Positions 1-15,000 of a DNA stretch of 64,000 nucleotides are shown in pieces; position 1 is the stretch's first letter; each line of letters begins with the position of its first letter. The DNA comes from Azolla caroliniana (lineage: Eukaryota; Plantae; Polypodiophyta), in assembly GCA_043228905.1 (NCBI GenBank), contig JBHGNT010000012.1, forward strand, positions 20,274,001 through 20,338,000, read 5' to 3'. A program made the position numbers and the translations under genes. Below the pieces are notes generated by a model that had not been told where the DNA came from, made no database searches, and saw only the letters and a list, made by a program, of their open reading frames with translations.

Positions 1-277
1 TATGTGTATACTAATTTGCTTGTACCACGAGTTGGGCAGATGTATTTAATATGTACTCCAAATCACTTCTATACTTTCCATGAGAACTTAATTAGCTTTC
101 TTGTTGGCATTCTAGATCCAAACTCAGCTTGGTGTGAAATGGCTTTCATACTTTCTTATGGTGGTCACTACCTTAGGGTTTTAAAAAAACTTTAATTCCT
201 GACCTAGAAGGAGATGATCATTTCCCCTGGTTTGCTCCTAACTTATATGCATGCATTCATTCTCCACAATTAGGCTG

Positions 278-610
278 CTATCATACCAATCCAATTGATC
301 CTGTAATGGAAACCATGGGGAATTTCATTTTTGGTATTGTATGATGTAGAAGAGATTAATTCTTAGTTTGTTGATAATGCAGGAGTTAATCTATCATACC
401 GATCCAAATGATTCATGTAATGGAAACCATGGGGAATTTCAATTTTGGTATTGTATGATGTAGAAGAGATTAATTCTTGGTTTGTTGATAATGCAGGAGG
501 AGTTACCCTATCATACCGATCCAATTGATCATGTAATGGAAACCATGGGGAATTTCATTTTTGGTATTTCTATGATGTAGAATCTGAGATTAAATCCTGG
601 TTTGTTGATG
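278..610. repeat. Tandem repeat, 3 copies of about 115 bp
   Basis: Unit CTATCATACC..GTAATGGAAACCATGGGGAATTTC..TTTGTTGAT starts at 278, 391 and 508. Confidence 0.85.
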
Positions 611-1574
611 AGATTAACAAAAAACATATAACAAGTTTTCGGCTTGTGCTTACGATCCGAACAGATCTTCTTCCGAGATCAGATCTCCTTCTACTTATTG
701 TTTGGGTGCTCTAATCATGCTTTTTAAGCATCTCGTGGCTGACCATGATTCTGTTTGATATGCAACTTGTGATCTTGATTTTAGCTCTCTAAATTTGGCC
801 AGTCTATCACCATGGCTGCATCGATACCACTACTACTACTACAAGAAGCATGTTTGCTTCACCATTCTCTCCTGGGGAAGCTTCCATAAGATCTGTTGAT
901 TGTTGTGGCCATTGTTTTGGGGCCGTGATTGCGATGGGTTACACCATTGCCAGATTCATTCTCGATCTCTACTCAGTTTTCCGGAAATTTGTCATTTCTC
1001 TCACTTTGTATTAAATCTGATTCTTAATCTACTTTTTCATTCATGTCTCGTTCCATCTCCACAAATTCTTCTTCGATTCTGAGTAAGAATCTCGCTTGAG
1101 TCACTTCAATTCCTTGGCTTCACTCAAGACTGAAGAATTTGTAGATATTGAACAAGGCATGAAATTAAAAGCACCGGACTGCATTTCCAACCATTTCCTT
1201 GAAGCTTTGAGCAAAAATTTATTGAGATAATAATTTATCCCTAAAATTTTACGGCCTGATTCCTTTTCAAAACAAGGAGCAATCAATGATTTCGCCAGAT
1301 TTTCTTGCATCTCGTACCATAACCTGCAACCTTCTCCTAATTTCTCGAAGGGTTATGTATAAAATCCTTTTATTTGTGAGATTACTATTCTTTTTTAGTA
1401 TAAGAAATTTTTAGTTTAAAATAATCATGGAAAATCAAATTCTGTATGGATTGATTAAATGCATGATCATTAATCGTGATGATCAAAGAAATGCTAATTA
1501 ATTAGTACAATGTGTTTGGAGTTCTTATTGAATCCGTGGATTCGGGATTGCTAAATCTTAATCAAAATGTTGAT

Positions 1575-1765
1575 TCTAAGTTTGCTCAATTAGAGGCACT
1601 TCCATCAATCATGCCAAAATTTCCACTTCTAATCTTATCGAAACCGTTGACTCTTAAGTTGCTCAATTAGGGCTCACTTCCATTGATCATGTGAAATCTA
1701 TCACTTCTCTAAGTTGCTCAATTAGAGCTCACTTCCATTGATCATGCGAAATCTATCAGTTCTAG
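1575..1765. repeat. Short tandem repeat, 3 copies of about 55-75 bp
   Basis: CTAAGT(T)TGCTCAATTAGxGCxCACTTCCATxxATCATG recurs three times. Confidence 0.7.
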
Positions 1766-3076
1766 CACTCTTTAGCTAATAGAGTTAACACTATGCTAGA
1801 ATATATAGTGTTTTGCATTGTTCATTATTGTCCTTTTGTCCATCCATAGTGAGAACCCACTTGCCGTAGTTCGACCCATAATGCCTAAGACAACAAGATA
1901 CATAAGCTAGCAACATGTCAGTTGTCCGATGAAATAAGTAAAACTTGGTAGATCCAACTTAACTATAAATAAAGAAGCATCCAAGCACAAGCCTATGTAT
2001 GGAAGGACCTAATTAGCATGGTACGGGTCACATGGTATCTATTAAATTTCAATCATTCACATTTTTCTAGGCTTGCATAATTATAAATAGAAGAGTACCT
2101 AAACGTAAGTCTATATATATGTAAAGACCTTTTATGGGTAGCATGACATTTATTAGAGGACAATCATCTGCTTTTCAAAGTAAAGTGATGAATGTGCCAC
2201 CCCACCCTAGACAAACAACACATTCAAGAAGATAAATTGGGTGTTATACTCAAAGATGTTTGTTACACTAGAAACTATAAGTAACAAAAAAAACACATAA
2301 TAACTCAAATAATAATATACATATATGAGAAACCCAACATATATTTACTTATATATGCTACATAAAGCATTTTATAAATATGAGCCATTTAGGTTCTTTG
2401 GTGTTGCCAATAGTGAAGGTCATGTTTCTCCTAGTATACAAAGAAAGAACACAACCAAACTGAGAAAATTTATTTTTTCTTTTTTCATCTGTTAAGTTGC
2501 ACCATTCACATTGTAGGGTTTCATAAACGGGCTTCTATTTCTTTTTAACACATTTCACATTCAAATGGACCTCTCAAATAGCAGCAAAATTTCTGTGTAT
2601 GTTCACCTGAAGTATGCAATAACAATTCCTCTATTATACAATGGGCATCTACAGCATCCCCTAATACAAATGTATAGCAAAATACCGTGCCAATGATACA
2701 CAATAATATGACCGTGTGACCGTGACTCGCAACCAAAATAAAAGATGTTGATGTTGCCCAATATACAAAAATATGTACTGACTAAAAGAATTGCAAAATA
2801 GATTGACAGAAAAATCGCAAAAGCTTCAATGAGTAAAAAAATACAGAATACATTGACAGAGGAATCATAAAGCTTTGATGGAATTTACTCAACATTCTAT
2901 GAGAATGTTGCTGTACAGTTAACAAAAAGAACTTAATAATGCTGACCTTTCACTATGTTAATAGTAAAGCTTCAAGATAATGATCTCTATCATTCCTAAA
3001 ATATTTCATGTTCATATGAGATGGAATAGACTATGTAAAGAATTTACAAAACATTACACAAGCTTACACATTTTTT

Positions 3077-6000
3077 CTACTTTTTTGGGGCTATAAATGC
3101 CCTACCCTTCACGATGTGTTCCCAACCGATCATTTGCTCACAAATATCACATTTCACATATGCATTATTCTTTATATCCGAATTTACTAGTAGTTCAGCG
3201 TGGACTTTAGTTGAGCAACTAGAACGCAGTCCTCCTTGGACTCGATTGGCCCAACTGTTTTGTACACAGGTCATAGTACATTGCGTACTAGGTTCGGACT
3301 CACCATCTACCCAATCAGGAATCGTGTTCTCGGTTATTCTTTTGAACTTCTCCCATGCTAGATCTTGCTCTTCCAATGTAAGCTTTTCTTCCTCCCTATC
3401 TTCCAGTAATGTATCATGTTGATGTATCCTCACTATCCACCTACAACATGCCACAACGATACATCATCACTCAGTGTATGCTTATCTTAGATCTTTCTAC
3501 ATCAATATCAAGAATACATATAAAAAATCTTGATACATCATCAACAACAATACATATCACAAATAAACAATACATCAGCATCAATAATACATATCACAAA
3601 GATAAAAGCAAATCATTTGAACAGATTTTGAGGATATTCCCTTTTATAAGGAAAAAACATAACATGGATTTACTAGCTGTGCACAAAATTAATAAGAATT
3701 TGTAGGGTGCCATAATTCAAGGATATTTCGTACTTGGGCGAATGATTGACCATCAACTTTCTCATAATATCATCCTCTGGAGCATCCTGATCTGAGCAAT
3801 GAACACCGAGATCATTACTATTACTACTGCACATCTCATTTGATCCATCTTCCATATTCTGCTTCTCCGAAAACTCCACCACATCATCATCCAACTTGAA
3901 TAGAATCTTCAGTTCTTCCATTTTTGAATGCCGTTCAACTTGTTGGGCATCCAAAACTCTTGCAGCTAAACCTTCTTTTGCCACCTAGAGAACATAGATG
4001 TGAGTATAATCAGATATGGAAATTACTGATTCAATTTTAGCTTGTTGTTGGGTTTACAATAGAATAGAATGCATGAAAGGCATTTCCAATATAATCATTG
4101 TTGTTGATATATAGTGTTCTTACCTGCCGTTTGTAAATTTTCTCCTCAGCTGTGCCATATGCTAACAGTCGGTATACGAACACTGGCTTCTTCTGACCAA
4201 ATCTGAAGAGCAATCATTTCGAAACACGTCAACAAAAATCACCATTTTGTATGAGACTTAGCGCTCGAAACTAAACGTTACTGCATATCTAACTGTTAGG
4301 CTAAGTATATATGTATCACGCACCATCTATTGACAATTTCTCCAAAACGTACGGTTTCACAAATACATTCAGATTTTGTCCAGTGTGAGACATTAGTTAC
4401 CTCCATGCTCGAAACAGTGCTTGTATGTCATGTGTGGGATTCCAAGACCCATCTACAATCACAACCCTATTAGCAGCTTGTAGATTGATGCCAAGAGATC
4501 CAGCTTTCGTAGATATCAAAACACATTGAACCTTGAAGTTTGTTGGGTCATTAAAACGCTTCACCAATTTCTGTCGATCTCTTGCTTTGGTATGACCATC
4601 AAGTCTGCGAAACATTAAAAGCCATGAAATGAAAGTGATATTTGAAATAGACACAATAAGCAATCATTGAACACAAAATAATATGCCCAAGAGTGATGCA
4701 GCATATCTTCGCATTGAATACAATTGTTCTTATTACTCAAAACGACCATAGTACCTTCATACTGATTCCTGGGTAAGAACCTAATCAGCTCAACCAGAAT
4801 CTTAAAATAACTGTCTTAATCAGACAAAATTTATGACTGCTCTTCCTATCTACTGACAACTCCCAGTGCAACAACAAAAGCAACAAGTTCAAATGTGGCA
4901 ATTTCCTACGAGAGATGGATAGTATTTCCTTTGGAATAAGCATTGTACTGCAAACTGAAAACAAATGTCACTATAATTCTGGACAATTCTCATTTTCAAA
5001 TTTGCAATATACCTGTACCACTCCTTATCTTTTCGCCAAAATCCAACTTTTCCTCCTGGTCGAGGAATTTTTCCAAGAAAGCTTTCAATAAGATTTAAAG
5101 TTGGAAGGCTTTGACTAAAGACAAGAACCTTTTCAGACTTGGCTGAGCTCATTGACAGGATGTGTAAAAGCAAAACAAACTTCCCGCTGTTTTCCAAGAC
5201 CTCATGATCCATGTCATTAATCAAGTCCTTGCACCAGTCAAAGCTCTCAATCTATCACAATAACGAAGGATTAGCTTTGGTTCTTTTATCTTTAGGATAC
5301 AACGATCCAAAAGCGAATGAAGCTTACTATCCTCATAATATCTGATTCCATCCTTTTGGAAGCTTTTTGACTCGTCCTTTTATCTACAAAAACATGTAGA
5401 TAAGAAACTGATTATCTGATTCTCTGAGAAAATATCTTTTTCCTAGCAAAAAGAAATTACAATCTGGATGGTGCAAAGCATGTTCAAATGTCTGAAGTCT
5501 GTATCTTTTGTAAATAACTCCATTTCATCTCCACACAATTATGATGTGTGTGTGTGTATACACATACATACGATTAGGGCAAATGGAACAGTCCAGAACA
5601 AGGGCCCTCAAGACCATTGGCATAGTTTATAGATAAAATTGAAAGTTTTAACATTCGGTATTATGTAACACACTGATGAATGTGGTAAGCACCATTACAA
5701 ATATATATATATATACAGATACATCGTATGGTAACCTGGGAGTTTCAGATGAAATGGAATGTTAGGGTTAGGTCAAGAGGAACAATCCAGAACAAGGCCC
5801 CCCCAGACAATTGGCATAGTTTATAGATAATTTAAGAATTGACCATTCTGAATTATGCCATGATGTGATACACTGATGAATGTGCTAAACATCATTAGGA
5901 AATTAAATGAAGAATAATTGGATAGCTGGAATTATTTCACATTAATTATACCAACTAAAATCAAAGTATACTACCAACTAAAATGATTGATCAAATTATG

Positions 6001-9000
6001 CCGATGGATTGATTCAGATGACGTTTATATAATTCTAATAATAAGTGGGATGAAGATTTGATAATTAGCAGGTGCACAGGCAGTCATTCTGATCATTGAT
6101 GGAACTTCATGTAATACTACACGAGTAAAATTGTACATCTCAAACGTTTGCCACAGAAGAGACCATATACCATCTCTCTCTCTCCCTTGTGCACATTCAA
6201 TAGAAAGAATAAACAGTGCTATTGAAATTGAATGGAGACTATTTACATATATGTATTGCATGAGTTGTTCCAACATTATTTTGCCTACAGCCTCAATAAC
6301 CAGAAACCACTTTACCTAGCTTTTTTAGGCCATTGCTTTCATCCTCACTGGAGAGTCCATCTTCAGACAAAATGTCATCCATACTATCTTCACTCAGCAC
6401 ATCCTTTTCTTCCTTTGCCAGAATTAACAGATTCGGATGGTTCCACACCTGAAATACAACATTAACTAGATTCTAAATACATACCTGCATATAAAAATAG
6501 GTAGAACACGCTAGCCAGTAGATGTTACCTTTGCGAGAGCATGATATGTTGGAAACAGACATTTGCGATACTTCGCAGCTAAGGGAGGCTGTTCATTAGA
6601 AAGCCAAAAATACTGTACAAATCTATTGTACAACGCACGTTGCAACAGTGAAAGTCTGACAGATAGAACATATATAATTTTCTTCGGAAGCTCTTTCTCG
6701 ACAACATTTACGCCCTTTCTTTGCACAAACCCCATTAACTGTTTGTGTAGCACATGTGTTCGTTCTTTCATACATCTAACATCATATTCAGTTGAATCTG
6801 CATGCTGACCATTTTCAATTGGATTTTGGAACCTGAACAGATATTTCGATCCTCAGTTTTTTTTTTAAGTTGTTTGATAAAACATATTGCAGTCTTACTG
6901 AAGGATTCACCTATTTTTGAAATCTTGAGGCCTTCCTAGAAATCCTTCTCTTACAAAATCAACCATCTGGAAAATCCATCAAACTAATTGTTTCAAGGAA
7001 TTCCTTATCAACTTCTTGTTACAGTAACTAAAACATGCTTACACAATAGTATTCCATCAGGTTATTTTGCAGTGGTGATCCAGTGAGTGCAATACGCCTC
7101 TGAGTCTTGACTTGCTTTAATGCCTGAGTGATATCAGCCTTCTTGTTCTTTATCATGTGAGCCTCATCACAGACAAGTATATCTGGACCAGGATTCTGCC
7201 ACATGATTTATAAGATTAAGGGAAGAATTGGACTTTAATTTATTATTAGCCAACCTATGCTATTCCACTAATTAGGCATATCTACAGGTATCAACTAACA
7301 CAGTATTCAACAGTCTCAATCAAGAATTTTCACAGGCTATTAAAAGCAATGGACACATTGTTGTAGCTGGAATGTGTATGTGCTATATCAATGTTATGAA
7401 TCTTACGAATCATTTAATGTATATCAGAATAACAATGTAGCCCAATTCTGAAGGAAGTGCTAAGTGACTTAGGTCTCAAAATGGAAACAGTAAATATTCC
7501 GAATACCTGCAGTGATATGTCTACTGCCTCCCTCTCAAAGTCATCTTTAATATGTTTCGCTGATGACATTGTCCGGAATGCAGTATACCCAATCATCATA
7601 ACTCCACCAGTTTTTTTCCATAAATTCAACAAATCTTTTCTCAAGTTCCTGCATGAAGTAACAATAACATGAACTTCTGATGATAAGCAAACAGTAATAG
7701 TTCCCCAATCACCACAAGGAATGCCTCCAAAACACTAGAAGTAAGACATGACTTTCCAAATCCATCAGTGTTTGCGATAGAGAGAAAAATAAAGACACGA
7801 CTTTCCAAATCCATCAGCATTTGTGATACAGTGAAAACTAGGCCACGCAATCTATGTACATAAACTAACAAAATCAATTGGGTCCCCTTACCATGTCTTT
7901 CTTATGAGCAATGGGCTTGTGTTAACTGTACCTAAAGGTTCCTCAGAATCACATGTGGCCTAATCCTGAAGTAAAGACTTACAAAGATACCTCATGGTCC
8001 CACAAGAAAATCTCGGCCATAATGAAAATTTTACACAGCCACCACAGGAAAATCATCTCATTCAGGATGCTGAGTATAGCTGTGCCCTATACCATATAAG
8101 ACTTCCAAGAGTAAAATCAAAGAAACAGGATGAGTGCCCCCAACCTGCAACAAGAGCATGCCATCTTTTCTCTGCTGCATTGAAAGAGCAATCCAACTCA
8201 CACAGTACAGTTTTTGACATATTTCCCTATGTCCATGAAAATCAGTATTTTGATGTTTTATTATTACATTCGGAATTTCATCATATCATTGAGATGACAT
8301 TTTGTTCAAAATAAAACCGTTCATAGCCATAAACATATAACCGTGCACACACACATACATACACACTCAAAATCAAGATTAAGAGTGAAAAACTAATAAG
8401 CATGCTTTCGAGATCTATGTGGGCTGAGGTTATAGCTTGCCAGAAAAAACTACAATTCATGAATTGCTTATGAAAGTAGGAATTAAGATATTTTGAATTT
8501 GATAAAGCAATTGAGATGAGTTTATATGTAAGCAAAAAGCTCCCAGACATAAACAAGTAAAGATACCTGCTTACTTCATCCAGAACATAGACACGTATTT
8601 TTTTACACTCCGGAGGTTTCCACTTCTCAAATTCATCTGGCCAATTATGTAATACATTGACAGGTGTCACTATCAAGGCTGTCCTTAAACCCAGATCTTT
8701 CCTCTTCAGTACCGTATATAAGAAGGCAATCACCTGCAGGCAAGTTTCTACTTAAGCGTATGCCCACCAATCCAGAAATTCTTCATAACTTTCAGAGCAA
8801 AGATATATTAGAATTGTAGATACAAAATAATTAACACGCTTACTTCTCAAAACATGTTACCTGTAATGTTTTACCAAGACCCATGTTGTGTGCCAATATG
8901 CAGCCATTTCCTGGATCTCCTGATTTAACTTTCTTCACAGACTCAATGCAGTTCTCCCACATAAACCGCACACCTTCAATCTGCACAAACACTGATAAAT

Positions 9001-12000
9001 TTTGAAAAAGGAAACAATAGATGTTACACTGCATATGTATCCCTTTTACTCTATTTACAGTTACATTGTCATTACAGCACAATCAGAATAGCCTCTTCAT
9101 ATGTGATCACTGGTGATAAATCGCTGCTAGTGGTTTAGAGGTTATAAACTGGCCATTATGTTGAAAGCGGGAAACTAGGATGAGAAGATTATTTTCAAAC
9201 AGATTCAGTTGGGGTTTCACAAAACCAGCAAATTACAATAAAAGGTTTAGGCTAGAATTAAGATAGATAAATGTTTCAGGCTTAGATATGTATATGCATA
9301 CATGCCGCTCGAAGCAGGATTTTGAACATGAGAATATGCAGGTTAAATGAAACCAATTCATCCTAAAAGAATATGAGTTATAAAAATAAATGGAGAGAAG
9401 ATTCAATTGGGGTTTTACAAAACCGACAAATTACAAAAAAAGAGAGATAAATGGTTCAGGCTTAGATATGCATACAAAGACGATATGAGTTATAAGAATT
9501 AATCAAGAGAAGATTCAGTTGAGGTTTTACAAAACCGAAAAAGTACAAAAAAAAGAGATAGATGGTTCAGGCTTAGACATGCATACACATACATATACCC
9601 AATGCCAGCTTCACAAACATGTATTTCTATTCTCACTCAGTGTTTCTGCTGAGCAATAATGTGATATTCGATTACATGCACCTAATATGCAGTTACTTGA
9701 ATGCGTTTGCTTCTTGTTTGTCTGTCTGCTTAACGTTTTAGAAGTTCATTTTCCTCTAGAAAGTTTCGTTTGTACCATCCAGTTGAGCCAATCCAGACCA
9801 AATGAAACCAAAATTAGTTTGATATTTAAGTCTACTTTCTGGCTGAGATTGAATTGGGTGCAGTAATCAAATTTCTGGGAACTGGTCAAAAATATGTAAT
9901 TGCACTGTGAAGTTTAAGAATTTGGATGATTCCACCATCACAAAATGCATGTAGAATTTCTAGTACGAAAACATAACTCTTCTAAATATCAAGTATAAGT
10001 CAAAGGTAAGGTATTAAAGACAGGCTTTTTTACATTTAATCCAACAGACTTACATCGATGCATATAGTCATACTTAGCTCTTTTCAGAGGTCAATGCTAG
10101 AGAATTTTCCTTGGTTTCTTAATGACAGAGACTTCATGTGGATGCTGCAAATAATATCCGCATTGAAACATAAATTGTTTGCTTTGTATTATTAAAGTGG
10201 AGCATATTCTAGGTGGACTCCAGGTTCTATTCTATTCCACCAATGTCCATGATAAAAAAGGAGTCCATGTTATTTGACAAAACGTAAGTACAATCAAAGC
10301 ACAGATAGAAAACTAACCTGATGAGGTTTTAAGAATTTTGCAATTCCGAAAGGAATTAAAACCTCCTCCTCATCTGCATCCCTTGCAACATTGATCGGAC
10401 ATTCTTGCATTGAGGAGCTCATTGGCAATACGCTACTATTTGTAGCAGATTCACGCAACCTAGCCAATCGCTCCTTTCTCTCCTATTTGACCATTTAAAA
10501 TCATTGTTCAGCCAATAAGAGAGTTGTTGTGAAGTAAAATAAATCAAAGTTCAAATAATATACAACATGTACACATATTTTATGAATTCCTGTAGGCTCT
10601 GGAACTCACAAACAAACCCCATGTCAAATCCACAATTGCTTAGGTTCAATTGTGTTTCCAGGAAAAAATTCTATATTTCATCATGTTTTTGGGAATCTTA
10701 AAACCATTTGCATAAATCTTACGTAAAAGTACTCACAACCATCTCAAGCTTTCTGATTTGAACATCTTCATTACAAAACATTGAAGGCCACTAAGAAAAC
10801 AGAGCATGTATCCCTCTATTTCTAGACATTTATGCCAAGGAATGCCACTGCGCACTTTCAAAATACTCTGATGTACTCAAATTTGGCCAATCTCTTAGGC
10901 AGTGATAGGTGTCTTTGTTTCTTTCCATCAACAATAGTTCAAGGATGTTAATTTCATCAAAGTTATCTAATTTCCTCTTGTCACTTCCTGGCAGATGCAG
11001 GTGGCTTTTGATACAAGGAGACACTTGCAATATTAAGTAACTTTGGGAATTTGTACACACAAACAAGCAAGACAAACCTTCCAACACCTTGTGGGGAAGA
11101 AGAAGAGATCATATTTGGCTAAATTGAACCACATGTGTACCGTTTGTTCCTCGGACAAGAAAGTAAAAAAGCATGGAAAATGTTCGATGACTAGCAACCT
11201 ACCACACAACTGACCTCGCCTCAGGGGTTGCATGAATATGAAAATGTACTATATGTTATCCCCATGCGGCTCACACCCACATGAATCCACCATTTTTACT
11301 CCACAAAATGTAAGAAAGGAAATTTATCAGTTGCAATTTGATAAGGCCCAAGATCATGATGGCTTGGTACATTAGCACTTTATCTATGATCGACACACCT
11401 TGCTCCCGTTGTTAGCACATATCTTTAATAGAGCTATATGTGAAGGATTCCCTACTAGCTGGATAGAACATACCTTTGTGCCAATCTTCAAGAGTGTAGA
11501 CTGATGATGGCAAGCAATTATAGGAAAATCATGATTGGACATTAATTCACAAAACTATATGGCTCAATCCTAGAGTCAGAATTGTTTGTATGGGCAGAGA
11601 GGAATGGCTGCTGTTCAGCTGGAAAAATGGACTTTCCTAAGGTTTTCACGACTTTGAATCACATACCACAGAGGGCAGAGCCCAAGGATTTATTGCTCCT
11701 TGGTGGATTTCCAAAAAGCCTTTCACATTCTACCACATGCACAGCGCATGCAGCGGCTAGACACCCTTGGTATCCCCATAGATATAATACAATGGGGAAT
11801 CTATGCAATGTTTGAATCCATTTCAGAAAAAGTGTGATCTCCCAATGGGTTATTAGCAGCTGTGGCTAGCACAATTGGAATAAAATAAGGATGCCCACTA
11901 TCACCACTCTCTTCAGCCTCTAGATGAATGAGGTATCGCATTACATAGAGTGATTTGGTGGTCTGGGACCATGCCTAGCATGTATAGTTATACAGAAATT

Positions 12001-15000
12001 ACAATATGCTTATAAAATCGTGCTAATCTCCTAATCTCAAGAACAAAAAAGACATCTAAACACCTTAACCATTTTACAAAGGTTTGTCGGTAAGCCTAGA
12101 TAAAAGTGACGATGCTTAACACCAATCAAGCATGGGTAACGAGGTTAGAACCAGAATTTTTTGGACAGGAAAAAGATATGCACAACCCTACACATACCTA
12201 GAAATAACATTTATATGGCCTGAGTTCTCCTTATGGGAAGCTGCTTGTGCTTGACTTTCTCGTGGATATGCAGCCTTTGATTCTCTTGAGAGACAACGTG
12301 CACATTATCCGTAGAACATGAGCATCGTGCGGATTTTCACAGGAATAAATTATGACTAAGCTATTGCGAGCTTTCTTAAATGCATGAAAGGTTTCCTCTT
12401 CTAATAGCATGATCTGTAATTCAAACACTGATGCCATACTCTAAAACTCCAATCAAATTTATTACAATTAACTAATCCATGAATATAAGGTATAATACCC
12501 TTTCAAGCTTTTGTTTGAGTATAGTAGACTCTTCAAGCTCATCATCATCCAAAATTCTGCGGAGCCTTTTACGTCGTCTCTCATTTGTTCTGCATAAGAC
12601 AATACAGATCACCAAATAGAAGGCATGTATATAAGAGACAGATATCCATAAAACATTAGCCCAAATGCATCATGTTGCAAAACTTTCATCATCACTCTTA
12701 AACATTAACAGATAATGCAAGCTCTCGTAACATCTGTGAGGGGAACAATGCTATCTTACATGCGTACTACTTATCCCATATATCGTGATGGCCTAGAATT
12801 CGTAACATACACACTATTTAAGAGGCAACACCTAACTGAATGAATAGCAGATGGCCTAAACTATTTTAACTCTGTGTGTGGCTAGCGATACTCCTCCATT
12901 TCAAGTTTCAGATCTCAAAAACCCTCCATCAACTGTTAGTCCGTCACTAATACACGCATACAATGACCTTGCTTTATCGAAGGCAAAAACTCATATGTGA
13001 ATACTGATGTTCTTGGTGGTTTAACAGCATTCACAATATCAACTACAAGTAGCATTCTCAGTGGTACAACCAAATCAAGCTATTGAAAATCAATTAAACA
13101 GTATTCTGATTCTCATTCAACATTTGGACAGTAAGAAACCCCAACATCTATCCATACCTCAATTCAAAATGATCATCATCATCCAAACCACCAAAGTTTG
13201 ATGATGAAAGCTCATTTGCTTTCCTGAAAGATTCTATTTTAGGCTTCATTACTTCATTATTGCAGCAGTAACATATCCATTCTTCGGTAGACATAATTCT
13301 TTCAAGCTCCCCTGCCCCAAAATTGAGGGTTATGCATTCACTACAAAAAACTTTATCACAGTGTTCACACATAATTACATTTCCACCGCATGCACACCAG
13401 CAGCATTCATTATATGATCCCGTTGAATCCTGCAAAAGACAAGGTATGTTATAAAGCTTTATAAATATATAAAGAACTCCAACACTTTATGAATTAAGCA
13501 ATAAAATATCCACTTTTAACCTTAGTAAATCGAGCCTTTGAATATGACTGTCTGCAAGACCGGCAAACAATAACAGATAAAAAAGGGTGCTTGTGCACCT
13601 GATGACAGTGTAACTTCTCGCCACAAACTGTACACATGAAGTCTGTGTCCCCCTCTTTAGAAATGATGGCAAGAGCATTACCATCTTGGCATAAATTGAA
13701 GCCATGTGGGACAATTGCAAGTTCTCTGCTTACTTCAATGTCCTTGCAGAAAGACTTCCCTTTATTATCAATCTCCATTGGAAAATTACTCATACCCATA
13801 GATGTTCTAGTTTTGTGTACACCATTCTCATCTGGGAAACTAAATTGATTTCCTTCTTGGCAATATGCTGGTTTCCTTACTTCTTTTGGAACTTGCTCTT
13901 CATCACTCTCAATGTTGATGATAATTCTGTCGTTTCTCAAACAGTAACTGGAATCTTCACCTGTTTTGCACATTTGTGATGGTTCCTGCGGAACATCCTA
14001 ATTCAAGAACAGAAACCTTAAGAGCATATAAAAGCATCACACTTTCTTATTCACTGCCATTTGTCTAATATTGCCTAACATATACCATTTGTGAGAGCTT
14101 GACACCTCCATTTGATGCAGCGTTTGAAGCCTTGGTCTGCTCATTAGCACCTTCATCAAACTTTTTTTGAGGAACAAATTAGATTAGCTATTTTTACCAA
14201 AAACTCAAGCAGTTACCAAATCATACAAAGGCTTTCAAACCTTAGTTTTCTTCTTCCGCTTGCGCTGCAATATAAAACGGTCGATTATTCTTGTTTTCTT
14301 GATATCCTCCTCTTCCCCAACCTGTCAGAAATTATTCATTGCATGATAACCGTAAGCAAACAATGTTTTAACACTCATATACATATCAAAAGACAAGAGG
14401 TTAAACATATACTTTTCATATACCTTCCGGATATTTCTTTTTTGTTGCTCTGTAAATCCAATTTCCTTTTCACTGGCTATGGCTGCCGCAGTAAGAAAGT
14501 CTTTCTTACACTTATCCAGGTCTATTATTTCTTCTACCTGCAAAAGAACATGCAAAAAACTAATAAGTTTTGCACATAAACAAAGTTGGCACAACATTTT
14601 GGTTTGCAAAGTTATCAATCAATTTTCCACATTAACTTTGAGAGCAATTTGTAGCAATTAAATTCAGAAAAAAAAAAATCACAGATAATCAACTGTCCTA
14701 GCGATCCACAAGCAAGCAACATAAAGGGGATGGAATGAATGAGTTAAATAACTGTATCATCAAAAGCCACACATATACATACATCATCAATCCTTGTTAG
14801 ACAAGCTCCATTAATAAATAAAGGCATCCCTAATGGTGGGGGTTGAATCCGGAAATATATATATGCATAGTTGCTATTGCAACTGAAATGTAAGGGATCA
14901 ACATTGGCAGAAATGGGGAGAACATGATCCCAAATGTTAAAAATGAGGTTCCTTTTTATTAATACACTGCTCATACAACCTTCAAAATAGCTAAGATACA

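Noticed and set aside
1-1330. Possible decayed retrotransposon gag on the minus strand
   Set aside because: Only faint resemblance; no LTR, PBS or clear motif could be fixed.
5575-5890. CTGATGA motifs in an intronic duplication, considered as further hammerheads
   Set aside because: No stem II and no GAAA core follow. This is a diverged duplication of about 190 bp in an ATRX intron.
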